Sequence record: OR228459.1
Length of the DNA stretch: 64,000 bases
Reading direction: 5' to 3' (one strand)
Shown: positions 8,687 to 17,561 of the stretch, piece after piece
Numbering within the stretch: position 1 is the stretch's first letter
Layout of the letters: the number at the start of each line of letters is the position of its first letter
Translations under genes and position numbers: made by a program
The notes under the pieces: model-generated
What the model was told of the DNA's origin: nothing
The model's input: the letters and a program-made list of their open reading frames with translations, nothing else
The model's database searches: none

Positions 8687-9250
8687 ATGAGTTATAGAGA
8701 ATTACCATTCGGATTACGGTCAAAACGTGGCGACTGTGTATTCGTCTGGATATATGCGAAGAATTGTACACCATATGCTAATTATCCTTATAATGACATT
8801 CCCAACGTTACTTTAGTTTTATCTGAATTGCGTTGGGATGGACTTATGGGAGCAGTCGGTGGTGCCGTTGAAGATGATGATGTATCATTAGAAGCAGCAG
8901 TCAAAAGGGAAGCATACGAAGAGATTCATTATGACCTACCAATAGACCGTTTAGAACCACTGCTTACGTTAAAAAATGGAAATGGTTCACACAATCACAG
9001 TTTTTCATTAGAAGTTACATATGAAGAACTATTACAAATTCGAAATAATGCTCATTTGGGTGAGCATTTTAGTGCAGAGAATGCAGGTGTAAACCTAATG
9101 CATATCTGTAGATACCAGAAACCAAGCAAAGTTGAATGCGGATACAATATACTTCTTGGTCAAGATTTTATTGGTTCTGCTAAAATTGAGCTTCAACACC
9201 TAGTAAGTACTAAAGACTTATTAGTAAGTTACTTAGACAAGGATAACTAA
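8687..9250 (+). CDS. Nudix hydrolase, NUDT16-like
   Basis: LRWDGLMGAVGG..DDVSLEAAVKREAYEE Nudix box, TYEELL and FIGSAK motifs. Confidence 0.75.
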   Translation: MSYRELPFGLRSKRGDCVFVWIYAKNCTPYANYPYNDIPNVTLVLSELRWDGLMGAVGGAVEDDDVSLEAAVKREAYEEIHYDLPIDRLEPLLTLKNGNGSHNHSFSLEVTYEELLQIRNNAHLGEHFSAENAGVNLMHICRYQKPSKVECGYNILLGQDFIGSAKIELQHLVSTKDLLVSYLDKDN

Positions 9251-9251
9251 A

Positions 9252-9581
9252 ATGTATAAGTTGTTCCTAGATGATTTACGAGACGCAGAAAAATACTACC
9301 CGAATCAAGGGTTTGTAACTATGCGTACTTATTACGATGCTGTTCAATATGTCAAAGAGCATGGTGTTCCTTCTTTTATTTCGTTCGACCATGACTTGGC
9401 AGATGAATGCGAAGATGAGAAAACTGGTTACAGTTTTGCAAAATTTATCATTGACTTCATCATTGATAATGAGCTACAATGTGTTTTTGATTACGTGGTA
9501 CACAGTGCTAATCCAATAGGAAAGGCAAATATCGAGTGTTACTTGGAGAATGGTTTTAAATTTATCAGGGGCAACAAATGA
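9252..9581 (+). CDS. cyclic-phosphate-processing receiver-domain protein
   Basis: KLFLDDLR, ISFDHDL, VHSANPIG. Confidence 0.7.
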   Translation: MYKLFLDDLRDAEKYYPNQGFVTMRTYYDAVQYVKEHGVPSFISFDHDLADECEDEKTGYSFAKFIIDFIIDNELQCVFDYVVHSANPIGKANIECYLENGFKFIRGNK

Positions 9582-9880
9582 TTAAAGTTATCATCGCAGC
9601 AATGATCACGGCAGGAATTTCTTTTTTGGTTTCTTCTTGTAATGATCAAATCGAAAACACCCGGAAGCACGATATTTACTACAATACGGCTACTGTTATT
9701 GAAATCGGTCAGTGTAAAGAAAGTAAATGTTCTTTCAAGTACAAAACAAGTGATGGTGAAACTAAATTTGGTTTAGCTGACACACCAATGACTATCGGGC
9801 AACTAGTCTATCAGCAATGTTGGACTGAAAAGGTGAAAGGCGTACAGTGTTACGTTGATTATACACCTTCTAAAAGCTAA
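9578..9880 (+). CDS. putative lipoprotein
   Basis: Signal peptide ending LVSSC. Confidence 0.6.
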   Translation: MIKVIIAAMITAGISFLVSSCNDQIENTRKHDIYYNTATVIEIGQCKESKCSFKYKTSDGETKFGLADTPMTIGQLVYQQCWTEKVKGVQCYVDYTPSKS

Positions 9881-9944
9881 AAGTATCGTACCTAAATACG
9901 ATTGAAGAGACAAGGAAAGTCTCAATACATAGATAAGGATGTTT

Positions 9945-11402
9945 ATGAAAAAATATGCTCTAGACACTAACGTAATTCTTGGCGATCCATCTGCTATCCA
10001 AGCATTTGATGGAGCTACAGTAATTTTACCATTCACAGTACTAGAAGAGTTAGATTCTATCAAAGGCCGTAATGTCGATGTTAGCCGTGATGCTCGTATT
10101 GCTATCCGTAACATTTCCGATATTTTGGAAACTGCGACCCATGAAGAAATCTCAAGTACTGGAGTGGACGTTTCTAAGATCCATAAACACATGGATTCTC
10201 AGAGCCGTCTATTCGTTGCTACAGTGGAAGAAGCTGAAGCACTAATTCGAACCTCTATCAATGAAAGTGACGAAGAATTCCACAAAGTACAGACACTAAT
10301 TAATAGTACTGTACCAGACGATAAAATTATCCTAGTTGCAAAAGCTACTAAAGCTATCCTAGTAACTCGTGATATTAACATGCGTATCAAAGCACTAGCT
10401 TATGGTGTTGAAGTACAAGATTATCGTCATGATGTAACAATCGAAGACTCAGACCTAATTCACACAGGTCATCATGAACTAGAAATTGACTTATGGGAAA
10501 CTTTATCTAATAATAATGTTGAAGTTTATTGTGGTCAAGCTGGTCGTAAACTATTCCAGTATATTCCAGAAGATGCTATTAAGAGCCTACTTCCAGAAAA
10601 CATTTGCATTGGTGATTACATCTATGACCAAGCAGACGTAATGTTTGTATTTGAAGGTTGGGGCCATCGTGAAGAAATTGATGAAACCGCTGATGATGAT
10701 ACTACATATATGGTATTTCTAGATGTTGGTCAAGCTAAATCTTTACGTGCTAAAGTCTGGGATATTAAGGCTAAAAACATTCAACAAGCAATGGCGATTA
10801 ATAGTATTCTTGATCCTGATGTACATATTACAGTACTCCTAGGTTCTGCTGGTACAGGTAAAACACTAATCACCCTTGCAACAGCACTAGATTTAGTACT
10901 AAATCAGAAGACTGCATACCAACGTATCATCTTCTCAAAAACACAAGATTCACAATTCGAAGATATCGGATTCTTACCCGGTACTGAAATGGAAAAAGTA
11001 ATTCCATTCTGTGGAGCAGCAATTGATGCATTAGAATTCCTCCACAAAGATGATGCAAACCCACAAGGTAGTATCGAAGAAATCATGAAACGTAATGTAA
11101 TGCAATTCAAAGCATTGAACTTCATTCGTGGACGTAGTTTCATCAACACTATTCTAATCGTGGATGAGTTTCAAAACATTACACCTGCACAGGCAAAAAC
11201 TATCTTGACACGTGCTGGTGAAAACTGTAAAGTAATCATTATGGGTAACCTAAGTCAGATTGACTCTCGCTTTATTAGTCCTGTAAATAGTGGCCTAACC
11301 TACGTTACAGAAAAATTTAAAGATTGGATGGGTTGTCGTATAATTGAGTTAGAAGGTGTTGTACGCTCACCACTAGCAGCATTTGCAGAAGAAAACCTAT
11401 AA
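9945..11402 (+). CDS. phoH: PhoH-like ATPase with N-terminal PIN domain
   Basis: ALDTNVIL..P, VLEELD, LVTRDINMRIKA (PIN); GSAGTGKT, GFLPG, IRGRS, IVDEFQN, RAGENCK, RSPLA. Confidence 0.92.
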   Translation: MKKYALDTNVILGDPSAIQAFDGATVILPFTVLEELDSIKGRNVDVSRDARIAIRNISDILETATHEEISSTGVDVSKIHKHMDSQSRLFVATVEEAEALIRTSINESDEEFHKVQTLINSTVPDDKIILVAKATKAILVTRDINMRIKALAYGVEVQDYRHDVTIEDSDLIHTGHHELEIDLWETLSNNNVEVYCGQAGRKLFQYIPEDAIKSLLPENICIGDYIYDQADVMFVFEGWGHREEIDETADDDTTYMVFLDVGQAKSLRAKVWDIKAKNIQQAMAINSILDPDVHITVLLGSAGTGKTLITLATALDLVLNQKTAYQRIIFSKTQDSQFEDIGFLPGTEMEKVIPFCGAAIDALEFLHKDDANPQGSIEEIMKRNVMQFKALNFIRGRSFINTILIVDEFQNITPAQAKTILTRAGENCKVIIMGNLSQIDSRFISPVNSGLTYVTEKFKDWMGCRIIELEGVVRSPLAAFAEENL

Positions 11403-11409
11403 TAAGGAT

Positions 11410-11434
11410 AAGGGATATGAAAATATCCCTTTTT
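11410..11434 (+). terminator. intrinsic terminator
   Basis: AAGGGATAT-GAAA-ATATCCCTT plus T-run. Confidence 0.8.
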
Positions 11435-11439
11435 AATTT

Positions 11440-11964
11440 ATGAATTTAATGGAAGAATTTAAAAACAAAGCCAACTTGGTACACGATAACAAAAACAACT
11501 ATGATTCTGTTGTATATATTGATGGTATAACACCAGTAGATATAATTGGTTCAATACACGGTATTTTCAAACAGCAGCCGCATACACATTTAACGGATCA
11601 TGGTTGTCCTAAATGTTCTGTGTTTGGATTCGACAAAAAATCTCATGGATTTTTCTATATTCAAAAATTGTCAATTGATGGAAATACAATTGGGTTTAAA
11701 TATGGGATTGCGAAAAACATCACCAAACGGATGAAAAATCAATCATCGAAATCATCATGTCAACATGATATAGTATTTGAATATGGTGATGATGGTGAAA
11801 TAATTTTCGATCTCGAACGATTTGTTGTTGACAAACTTAAAAAATATGATACTATATCTAAAGAAATCGTTCCTGATGGATATACTGAAACTATACTTAG
11901 TGAAAATGGTTTATCAATAATAACAGAAGCGATAGAGGAATTTAAATGTCTAAACAAGTTATAG
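11440..11964 (+). CDS. putative free-standing homing endonuclease (GIY-YIG/T5orf172-like), possibly degenerate
   Basis: IHG.F.Q..H.HL..HGCPKC zinc repeat, then FYIQ..FKYGIAKNITKRM; very AT-rich. Confidence 0.6.
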   Translation: MNLMEEFKNKANLVHDNKNNYDSVVYIDGITPVDIIGSIHGIFKQQPHTHLTDHGCPKCSVFGFDKKSHGFFYIQKLSIDGNTIGFKYGIAKNITKRMKNQSSKSSCQHDIVFEYGDDGEIIFDLERFVVDKLKKYDTISKEIVPDGYTETILSENGLSIITEAIEEFKCLNKL

Positions 11965-12176
11965 TCTTCGGTTGTCCATTATGTGGGTCAAAAGCCTTCT
12001 GGACAAAGGGTAATGCAGAAACCAGAATGAATGATCGAGTACAATGCTTGACTTGCTTTCTAGAAATGGAAGGTGATTACGAACCCATGTCAGCGGTTTT
12101 GTCATGGAATATGCGAGTACACGATAATTATATTCAAGATTCCGTCTACAGCATTGACGGTGAAAGAATTGAATAA
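11946..12176 (+). CDS. Lar-like zinc-ribbon protein
   Basis: GCPLCGS...VQCLTC...A..SWNMR. Confidence 0.55.
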   Translation: MSKQVIVFGCPLCGSKAFWTKGNAETRMNDRVQCLTCFLEMEGDYEPMSAVLSWNMRVHDNYIQDSVYSIDGERIE

Positions 12177-12180
12177 AAGT

Positions 12181-12210
12181 TGGGACAAACACTCAACAAT
12201 GTGATATAAT
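12181..12210 (+). promoter_or_regulatory. GGGACA-class phage promoter
   Basis: TGGGACAAAC...TGTGATATAAT, 17-bp spacer. Confidence 0.75.
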
Positions 12211-12241
12211 ATAGATGTTATCTAAACAAGAGGAAATTAAA

Positions 12242-12490
12242 ATGGAAAAGAATAAAAAAGAAGCTCAGAACACCCGCCGTGCACAGATGGATAAAAACAC
12301 TGCTCTAGAGAGCTTCAAGAAGCTACGCCAACAGGGTATCCTAACCCGCCAGCAGTTCCGTACCATTACCTTTGATAAAGGTCTACAAGGTAGTACCAAA
12401 GGTTCCCCTCTAATCACCACATATGAAGTGGTCAAACAGGGCAAGAAAAAGGTGCTTGAGGTTAAAACCCAGCAATGGACTCGCATCTAA
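12242..12490 (+). CDS. small basic hypothetical protein
   Basis: GAGGA SD; start MEKNKK lies downstream of the predicted +1. Confidence 0.75.
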   Translation: MEKNKKEAQNTRRAQMDKNTALESFKKLRQQGILTRQQFRTITFDKGLQGSTKGSPLITTYEVVKQGKKKVLEVKTQQWTRI

Positions 12491-12564
12491 TTTGATGCCT
12501 GTTTCAAACAACATTGATAAATAATGTTATAACAATAATAACATTTTGACTCCATGTTGTTTTT

Positions 12565-12589
12565 AGGCCACTACTTTAGTGGCCTTTTT
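12565..12589 (+). terminator. intrinsic terminator
   Basis: AGGCCACTA-CTT-TAGTGGCCT plus T-run. Confidence 0.85.
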
Positions 12590-12602
12590 CTTTGGAGAAT
12601 GT

Positions 12603-13316
12603 ATGGATATTAAACACATCTTAACAACACTTGAAAAGTTCTTACTTGATGAATATGATGTAAATGTTTATATCATGTATGGTTCTTTCGCTGAGTACAG
12701 ATACGGTTTATTCACTGAACCAAAAGATATTGATATTAATGTATTTGGTATGAATGGTTGTACTGAACCATTCGAAGTTAATATTCCGGGTATTCCCATT
12801 CCAGTATCTATCACACCAATGACATTTTCTGATTTCGACAGAGAAATTGATGCATTTGAGCCTAAGTACTTTGTGTACTGGAATCATTCACTTGAAACAT
12901 CTCAGTATATTAGAAATAGACTCTATCAAATGCATTATGATACAAAACCAGATCATATACGTAAATGTGTTAGTTCATTCTCCAGTAAAGCATATAATAA
13001 GGGTAAGAAAAAACTCATAGTAAAAGATGATTATGATGAGTATCTAGGATTAAAAAATTTGTATCATGCATTTAAATTTGCAAGATTGGCAATAGATACT
13101 TTTGGTTCAAATAAACCTTTTGATATATCATTTGCGTTAATGCACAAACATCGTCTTATGTGGGATTTAAAAGATACATACGATCTCATTTTTGATACAT
13201 ATCATAATAGTACTGGAACATTAGAAGAAAGATTTAAACATCTTGACAACATCATAAAACCAAGATATAATGCACTCATGACAGAATTTCGTAAATACTT
13301 TCCGAAGGGGAATTAA
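12603..13316 (+). CDS. Pol-beta superfamily nucleotidyltransferase-like protein
   Basis: YIMYGS...KDIDI motif plus helical C-terminal part; GGAG SD. Confidence 0.6.
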   Translation: MDIKHILTTLEKFLLDEYDVNVYIMYGSFAEYRYGLFTEPKDIDINVFGMNGCTEPFEVNIPGIPIPVSITPMTFSDFDREIDAFEPKYFVYWNHSLETSQYIRNRLYQMHYDTKPDHIRKCVSSFSSKAYNKGKKKLIVKDDYDEYLGLKNLYHAFKFARLAIDTFGSNKPFDISFALMHKHRLMWDLKDTYDLIFDTYHNSTGTLEERFKHLDNIIKPRYNALMTEFRKYFPKGN

Positions 13317-13318
13317 TC

Positions 13319-13456
13319 TTGGCAGAACTAATAGAAGCTGTATTAGAATTTGTAGTTGCGATCCTAGCTAACACACGAAATGGTGGTAAGTGGATTTTAA
13401 TAATCATAGTATTATGTTTGTTAATATGGGTTTGTACTGTTTTATTCTGGAGTTAA
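13319..13456 (+). CDS. small membrane protein (not in the ORF track)
   Basis: TTG start after AAGGGG; MAELIEAVLEFVVAILANTRNGGKWILIIIVLCLLIWVCTVLFWS. Confidence 0.55.
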   Translation: MAELIEAVLEFVVAILANTRNGGKWILIIIVLCLLIWVCTVLFWS

Positions 13457-13523
13457 TATGAAAAAGAAACATAAAGGACGAATGACTTTCCATTAAGGTA
13501 CTTTAACTTAATAGGAGAATAAT

Positions 13524-14075
13524 ATGTTCTTTGATCAAACATTCGTGATCTACCACGATACAGGTAAAACTGAAATTGTAGATAATCTTTACGAATACAT
13601 CTATGCATTTGGTGGTATCAGACGTTTTCATTGTCTAATGAAATTCAACTTAGGTGCATTTCAGAAACATGAAGGTCGTGACTACTACCGAATCCACGGA
13701 TGGTGGTATTCCAGAAGTGATTGGGTTTACCACAACCATATGTCGTTCTTTCTATACACACAAAAAGGTATGATGATTTCTCCAGACCTCCTTCTAACAG
13801 AATTCAGTAATGAAAATGCAAGACGTTGGTACGGGAACACGAAAGCATCAAAACGGCAATATAAAGCTAGCCACACGTCTTATCATTTCAAACGTCCTAA
13901 GACACAACAATCCCGCCGCCTCGCAGCAGGAGTTGTTTCTGAGGAAGGGGAGCCAGAATTTCGTGGTGCTCGCAGATATGCACAATTACGTACCTATTGG
14001 GACGATGTACATGTACGCACAAGCTGTTCTTGGAAAGACTGTACAAAACGTAAACGACAATACAAAGGGAGCTAA
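13524..14075 (+). CDS. conserved phage hypothetical protein
   Basis: AGGAG SD; C-terminal SWK..KRKRQY motif common in phage hypotheticals. Confidence 0.75.
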   Translation: MFFDQTFVIYHDTGKTEIVDNLYEYIYAFGGIRRFHCLMKFNLGAFQKHEGRDYYRIHGWWYSRSDWVYHNHMSFFLYTQKGMMISPDLLLTEFSNENARRWYGNTKASKRQYKASHTSYHFKRPKTQQSRRLAAGVVSEEGEPEFRGARRYAQLRTYWDDVHVRTSCSWKDCTKRKRQYKGS

Positions 14076-14103
14076 TGCTCCCTATTTTTATGAGGATATA
14101 AAA

Positions 14104-14445
14104 ATGACTCAAAAACGTATATTATATCGTGAAGTATTGACAATGGATCTAGAAGATTGCACACTTGATGAAATGTTACAAAAGTTAAATGAATGCAAAC
14201 ACCAGCATCCAAATGAAGTTCTTCAAATAGAATTTGGTGGTGGATATAGTGGCCCAGATTGTATGAAAATTTGTTATTATAGTGAAGAAACTGATAAAGA
14301 ATTCACAATGCGTATGAATTATGAACGCGAGAAGTTAGAAGAAAAAGAACGCAAAGAGCTAGGTCGTTTAATATCTGCAAAGAAATTGAATCCAGCTAAC
14401 CAACAACGCCTACAAGAATTATTGGAGAAATATCATAATGGATAA
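14104..14445 (+). CDS. hypothetical protein
   Basis: GAGGA SD before MTQKRI; the upstream extension in the ORF track overlaps the previous gene. Confidence 0.7.
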   Translation: MTQKRILYREVLTMDLEDCTLDEMLQKLNECKHQHPNEVLQIEFGGGYSGPDCMKICYYSEETDKEFTMRMNYEREKLEEKERKELGRLISAKKLNPANQQRLQELLEKYHNG

Positions 14446-15286
14446 AGAGAAAATTCTGTACCATGCTAAACATAATGGTGCCTTTACTATTCGTTCGTGT
14501 GAATATCAAGGTAAATGGTCAGAGAATCTTGATTACTTAATTGAGAACAAAATGCTTAATTGGACTACTAGTGGCCTATGGGATGAGTACAATTCATGTG
14601 GTCAACAGGATTTGTACGATCAAGCATTGCATGAGTACAAGATTACTCCTGATGGTGAAGTACTACTATCGTTATATCGTCTTGCTTATGCACATAAGAA
14701 TCACTTAAACGAAGAGAAACATATTCGTCGTATTCAAGAGTTCGAACAACTACTAGAAGCCTGTGGCAAATCTTCTCATTATTTCGAAAAATATCTAACA
14801 AAGAATCAAAAGAAAGCACTTGAATATGCTCGCAAAGTGCGTGAACTACCTAAGTTTGATACTACTCTTTTAGATGAACCTGAACTCCGTCCATTCAACA
14901 TTGTACAACATGATGAATGGAGACAAATGGAAAAAGCCAATAGACTAGATAAAATTGATTTAGATGAACCAGTACTAACATCTATGTTCAATATGAGTGT
15001 TGGACTTGGCCCAAAGAATTCCGATTCTTACCGTTCTGAAAACTATGTTCTACGTAAAATAAATGAAGAACTCGGTGAAATGACATTAGAAATGAATATT
15101 GCTGATGGCTTATCATATAAAGAAGCTGGAACTGATGGTGTAAAAGGTGAAGCAGTTGACTTGGCAATTTGTGCTATGGATATGTTTGCATTACAATGTC
15201 CAACTATGAGTCCCGAAGAAATAGAGCGTGAATTCCTATCGTACATGATTGTTAAACTTAATAAATGGCGTAATACCTTAAAATAA
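14438..15286 (+). CDS. protein with C-terminal MazG-like (all-alpha NTP pyrophosphatase) domain
   Basis: RKINEELGEM...KGEAVDLAICAMD (EExxE...ExxD). Confidence 0.6.
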   Translation: MDKEKILYHAKHNGAFTIRSCEYQGKWSENLDYLIENKMLNWTTSGLWDEYNSCGQQDLYDQALHEYKITPDGEVLLSLYRLAYAHKNHLNEEKHIRRIQEFEQLLEACGKSSHYFEKYLTKNQKKALEYARKVRELPKFDTTLLDEPELRPFNIVQHDEWRQMEKANRLDKIDLDEPVLTSMFNMSVGLGPKNSDSYRSENYVLRKINEELGEMTLEMNIADGLSYKEAGTDGVKGEAVDLAICAMDMFALQCPTMSPEEIEREFLSYMIVKLNKWRNTLK

Positions 15287-15289
15287 ATG

Positions 15290-15318
15290 TTGACATGGGG
15301 TGTAGTTTTTGCTATACT
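15290..15318 (+). promoter_or_regulatory. sigma70-type promoter with extended -10
   Basis: TTGACA-17 bp-TATACT, TGn. Confidence 0.8.
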
Positions 15319-15346
15319 CCAAATTATCACATCTAAGGAGACAAAT

Positions 15347-15856
15347 ATGAAATTTTTAGTTGCTATTGATTCATCAGCTTCATTCATTTATGATTATCAG
15401 TGGGATTATATTAAGAACGTAGTAAATGAAACTGTACAATCACTATCATCACAAGGTGAAGTTCAATTAGCTAAGATTGGTCTTGAACTAAATCTATGTA
15501 CTCTAGAAGAATTCAATAATGGATGGAGTACTACAGATGGTGCTGGAATGGATGAAGATAAGTTACTGGAAGTAATTGATGAATACAATTCAGTACTTTT
15601 AGTTACTGATGGATTCGTTGATACCAAAGCACTAAAATCGAAAGTCTCTTTGATGATTCTAGAAGACCCAGAATATGTTGAAAATCCTTTACCTATTGTT
15701 GGATTTAAATGTAATAACTGTGGTCATGAAAAAAATGAGCACAGAGCAAAAACATTTGACTGTCCAGTAAAAGAGCGTTATAATGGGGTTACATTCAGTA
15801 ATAAAACCAAATTTACACCTGATATGTCCAAACCCATTCGTCGGAGAAATATCTAA
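15347..15856 (+). CDS. small vWA-domain protein with C-terminal Cys/His cluster
   Basis: VAIDSSAS (DxSxS) and LLVTDG; CNNCGH..H...C; AAGGAG SD. Confidence 0.6.
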   Translation: MKFLVAIDSSASFIYDYQWDYIKNVVNETVQSLSSQGEVQLAKIGLELNLCTLEEFNNGWSTTDGAGMDEDKLLEVIDEYNSVLLVTDGFVDTKALKSKVSLMILEDPEYVENPLPIVGFKCNNCGHEKNEHRAKTFDCPVKERYNGVTFSNKTKFTPDMSKPIRRRNI

Positions 15857-16041
15857 TGAAATATGTTATTCTAACACTATCAGTACTTCTTAGTGGTTGT
15901 GTAACCAACTTTACACCATCTAGTTATACTGAATATCACCCATTCAGTAAATCCGCACCTAAAAATTGTGCAGTTGTTGATAGTAACATCATTGTAATTA
16001 ATGGTGTACCATCATTTGAGTACATCTGCAATAAGGAATAA
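15856..16041 (+). CDS. small lipoprotein
   Basis: Lipobox LLSGC. Confidence 0.7.
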   Translation: MKYVILTLSVLLSGCVTNFTPSSYTEYHPFSKSAPKNCAVVDSNIIVINGVPSFEYICNKE

Positions 16042-16043
16042 TT

Positions 16044-16382
16044 ATGACTGAAAAAGATTTTCTAATTGAATACATGAAAGGTGTTGGTGAAAGTGAAATG
16101 CGTCATCTTTTTGAAGAAGACCGCATTATTGAAAGTGATTTCGCTAACGTTACAGAAGAATATGTATGGGTAGAAATAGATACCGATAGTCGTTCTGATG
16201 CCGATGTGCCGAATTTTGGTTTTGATTTAGATGGTGAATGCTATGATGTACAAATGAAAGATATTCGTAGCATTACTGAGTACTTCTTTGAAGATGATAC
16301 TGATTTTGATGGTGAAGTAGAAATTCAAGTACTTCGCATGAAAGATGGTACGTTCCTCATCGGTGACTTTGGTCGCAGATAA
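16044..16382 (+). CDS. acidic hypothetical protein
   Basis: AAGGA SD; ORF. Confidence 0.7.
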   Translation: MTEKDFLIEYMKGVGESEMRHLFEEDRIIESDFANVTEEYVWVEIDTDSRSDADVPNFGFDLDGECYDVQMKDIRSITEYFFEDDTDFDGEVEIQVLRMKDGTFLIGDFGRR

Positions 16383-16532
16383 AAAAATATGAAAGTACTA
16401 TAAGCCGTGCTTCTGGCAAAATCCAGTATAAGTCCGTACCTCATAGAGAATACATTGATATCCCTACTCAAGTGATACTACCAATCAATGGGCGATAGTA
16501 CTTTTCCTTTAATTAACACTAACGAGGTTACA

Positions 16533-16913
16533 ATGATTCACGCAAATAATGTACATGAAGCTGCCTGTAAACTTTATGAAGAAAGTACCGATAATATTTC
16601 AGAACAAAATATGGTCAAATTGAATAAACTTTTTGAAGAGAATTATTCTCTTTTTAAAGATTATACTTGTATCTTTTTAGATCACAGTAATGTAGATCCT
16701 GAACTATATGATGGTGATTATTATCCTTGTGGTAATAACAATGAAAGATTTTATATTGATAACAATACTGATGTTAGTCAGTACTTTAAAAGTTATGGGT
16801 ATTTTGTAGAAACAATCAGTGAGTATGATTGTGGTTTCTTGATTGCTACTCACCCAATCAGTGACGAAAATCGTGTTACACATCATACATTTACCCCACA
16901 CAACAAAAGGTAG
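16533..16913 (+). CDS. hypothetical protein
   Basis: GAGG SD before MIHANN. Confidence 0.7.
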   Translation: MIHANNVHEAACKLYEESTDNISEQNMVKLNKLFEENYSLFKDYTCIFLDHSNVDPELYDGDYYPCGNNNERFYIDNNTDVSQYFKSYGYFVETISEYDCGFLIATHPISDENRVTHHTFTPHNKR

Positions 16914-16922
16914 AGGTGTATA

Positions 16923-17561
16923 TTGAATACATGTGATAAGTACTGGTGGGTTATTGAACACCCTGCTTTCATAAACAAAGATGGTCAAATAGTTATAGTT
17001 GAAATTGAACCACATATGGTTTGTCCAATGACTAATCGTATAGAATCGTATGAACCACTCAATACCAAATTACAGTTATGGATTGAGCTTATGATCCCAT
17101 ACAAAGAAGAAGGTGAGACCAATTATACCCAAGCACATGATTGGGAATTAGATTGCGGTGGTTTCACATATGAAGAAGCAATTGAGAATTTATACGAAGG
17201 TGTAAAAGCAAAGTACGGAGACTATACCGAAGAAGAACGTCAAGAAAAGTACGATGCAGTATATAACCTCAAGACAAATCGTCAAAATATGTTCAATCAG
17301 TATTTCAAAAGTAAACTTTTAGCTACTAACAGAGCAGAACTAACAAAGTGGTCTAAAGATATCTTAGAAGATTATGAATATGAGAAATACCAACACGAAA
17401 TCAAAGAGATGAAAGATACAATTGCAGCCTTGACAGAGCACCGAAAAACGTGTAATATAGAAGAATATGATGAGATTGACAATCACATAGAATTGGAACG
17501 CTTCAAGATTTTCGAAGCTGAATTGTCTTTAAGATATTATATTGACTTGGTGAGGGTATGA
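16923..17561 (+). CDS. hypothetical protein
   Basis: GAGGTG SD, TTG start. Confidence 0.7.
   Translation: MNTCDKYWWVIEHPAFINKDGQIVIVEIEPHMVCPMTNRIESYEPLNTKLQLWIELMIPYKEEGETNYTQAHDWELDCGGFTYEEAIENLYEGVKAKYGDYTEEERQEKYDAVYNLKTNRQNMFNQYFKSKLLATNRAELTKWSKDILEDYEYEKYQHEIKEMKDTIAALTEHRKTCNIEEYDEIDNHIELERFKIFEAELSLRYYIDLVRV

Noticed and set aside
9880-9944. Pho box upstream of phoH
   Set aside because: No CTGTCAT-type tandem repeat; only a TAAATA and a GAGAC/GTCTC hairpin
13810-14103. Long N-terminal extension of ORF 13810..14445
   Set aside because: Overlaps 13524..14075 out of frame; a good SD supports the start at 14104
16363-16498. Possible 44-aa ORF broken in an A7 run (MTLVADKK/YESTISRASGK...)
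   Set aside because: Needs an assumed 1-nt indel and overlaps the upstream gene; too weak without reads or homologs
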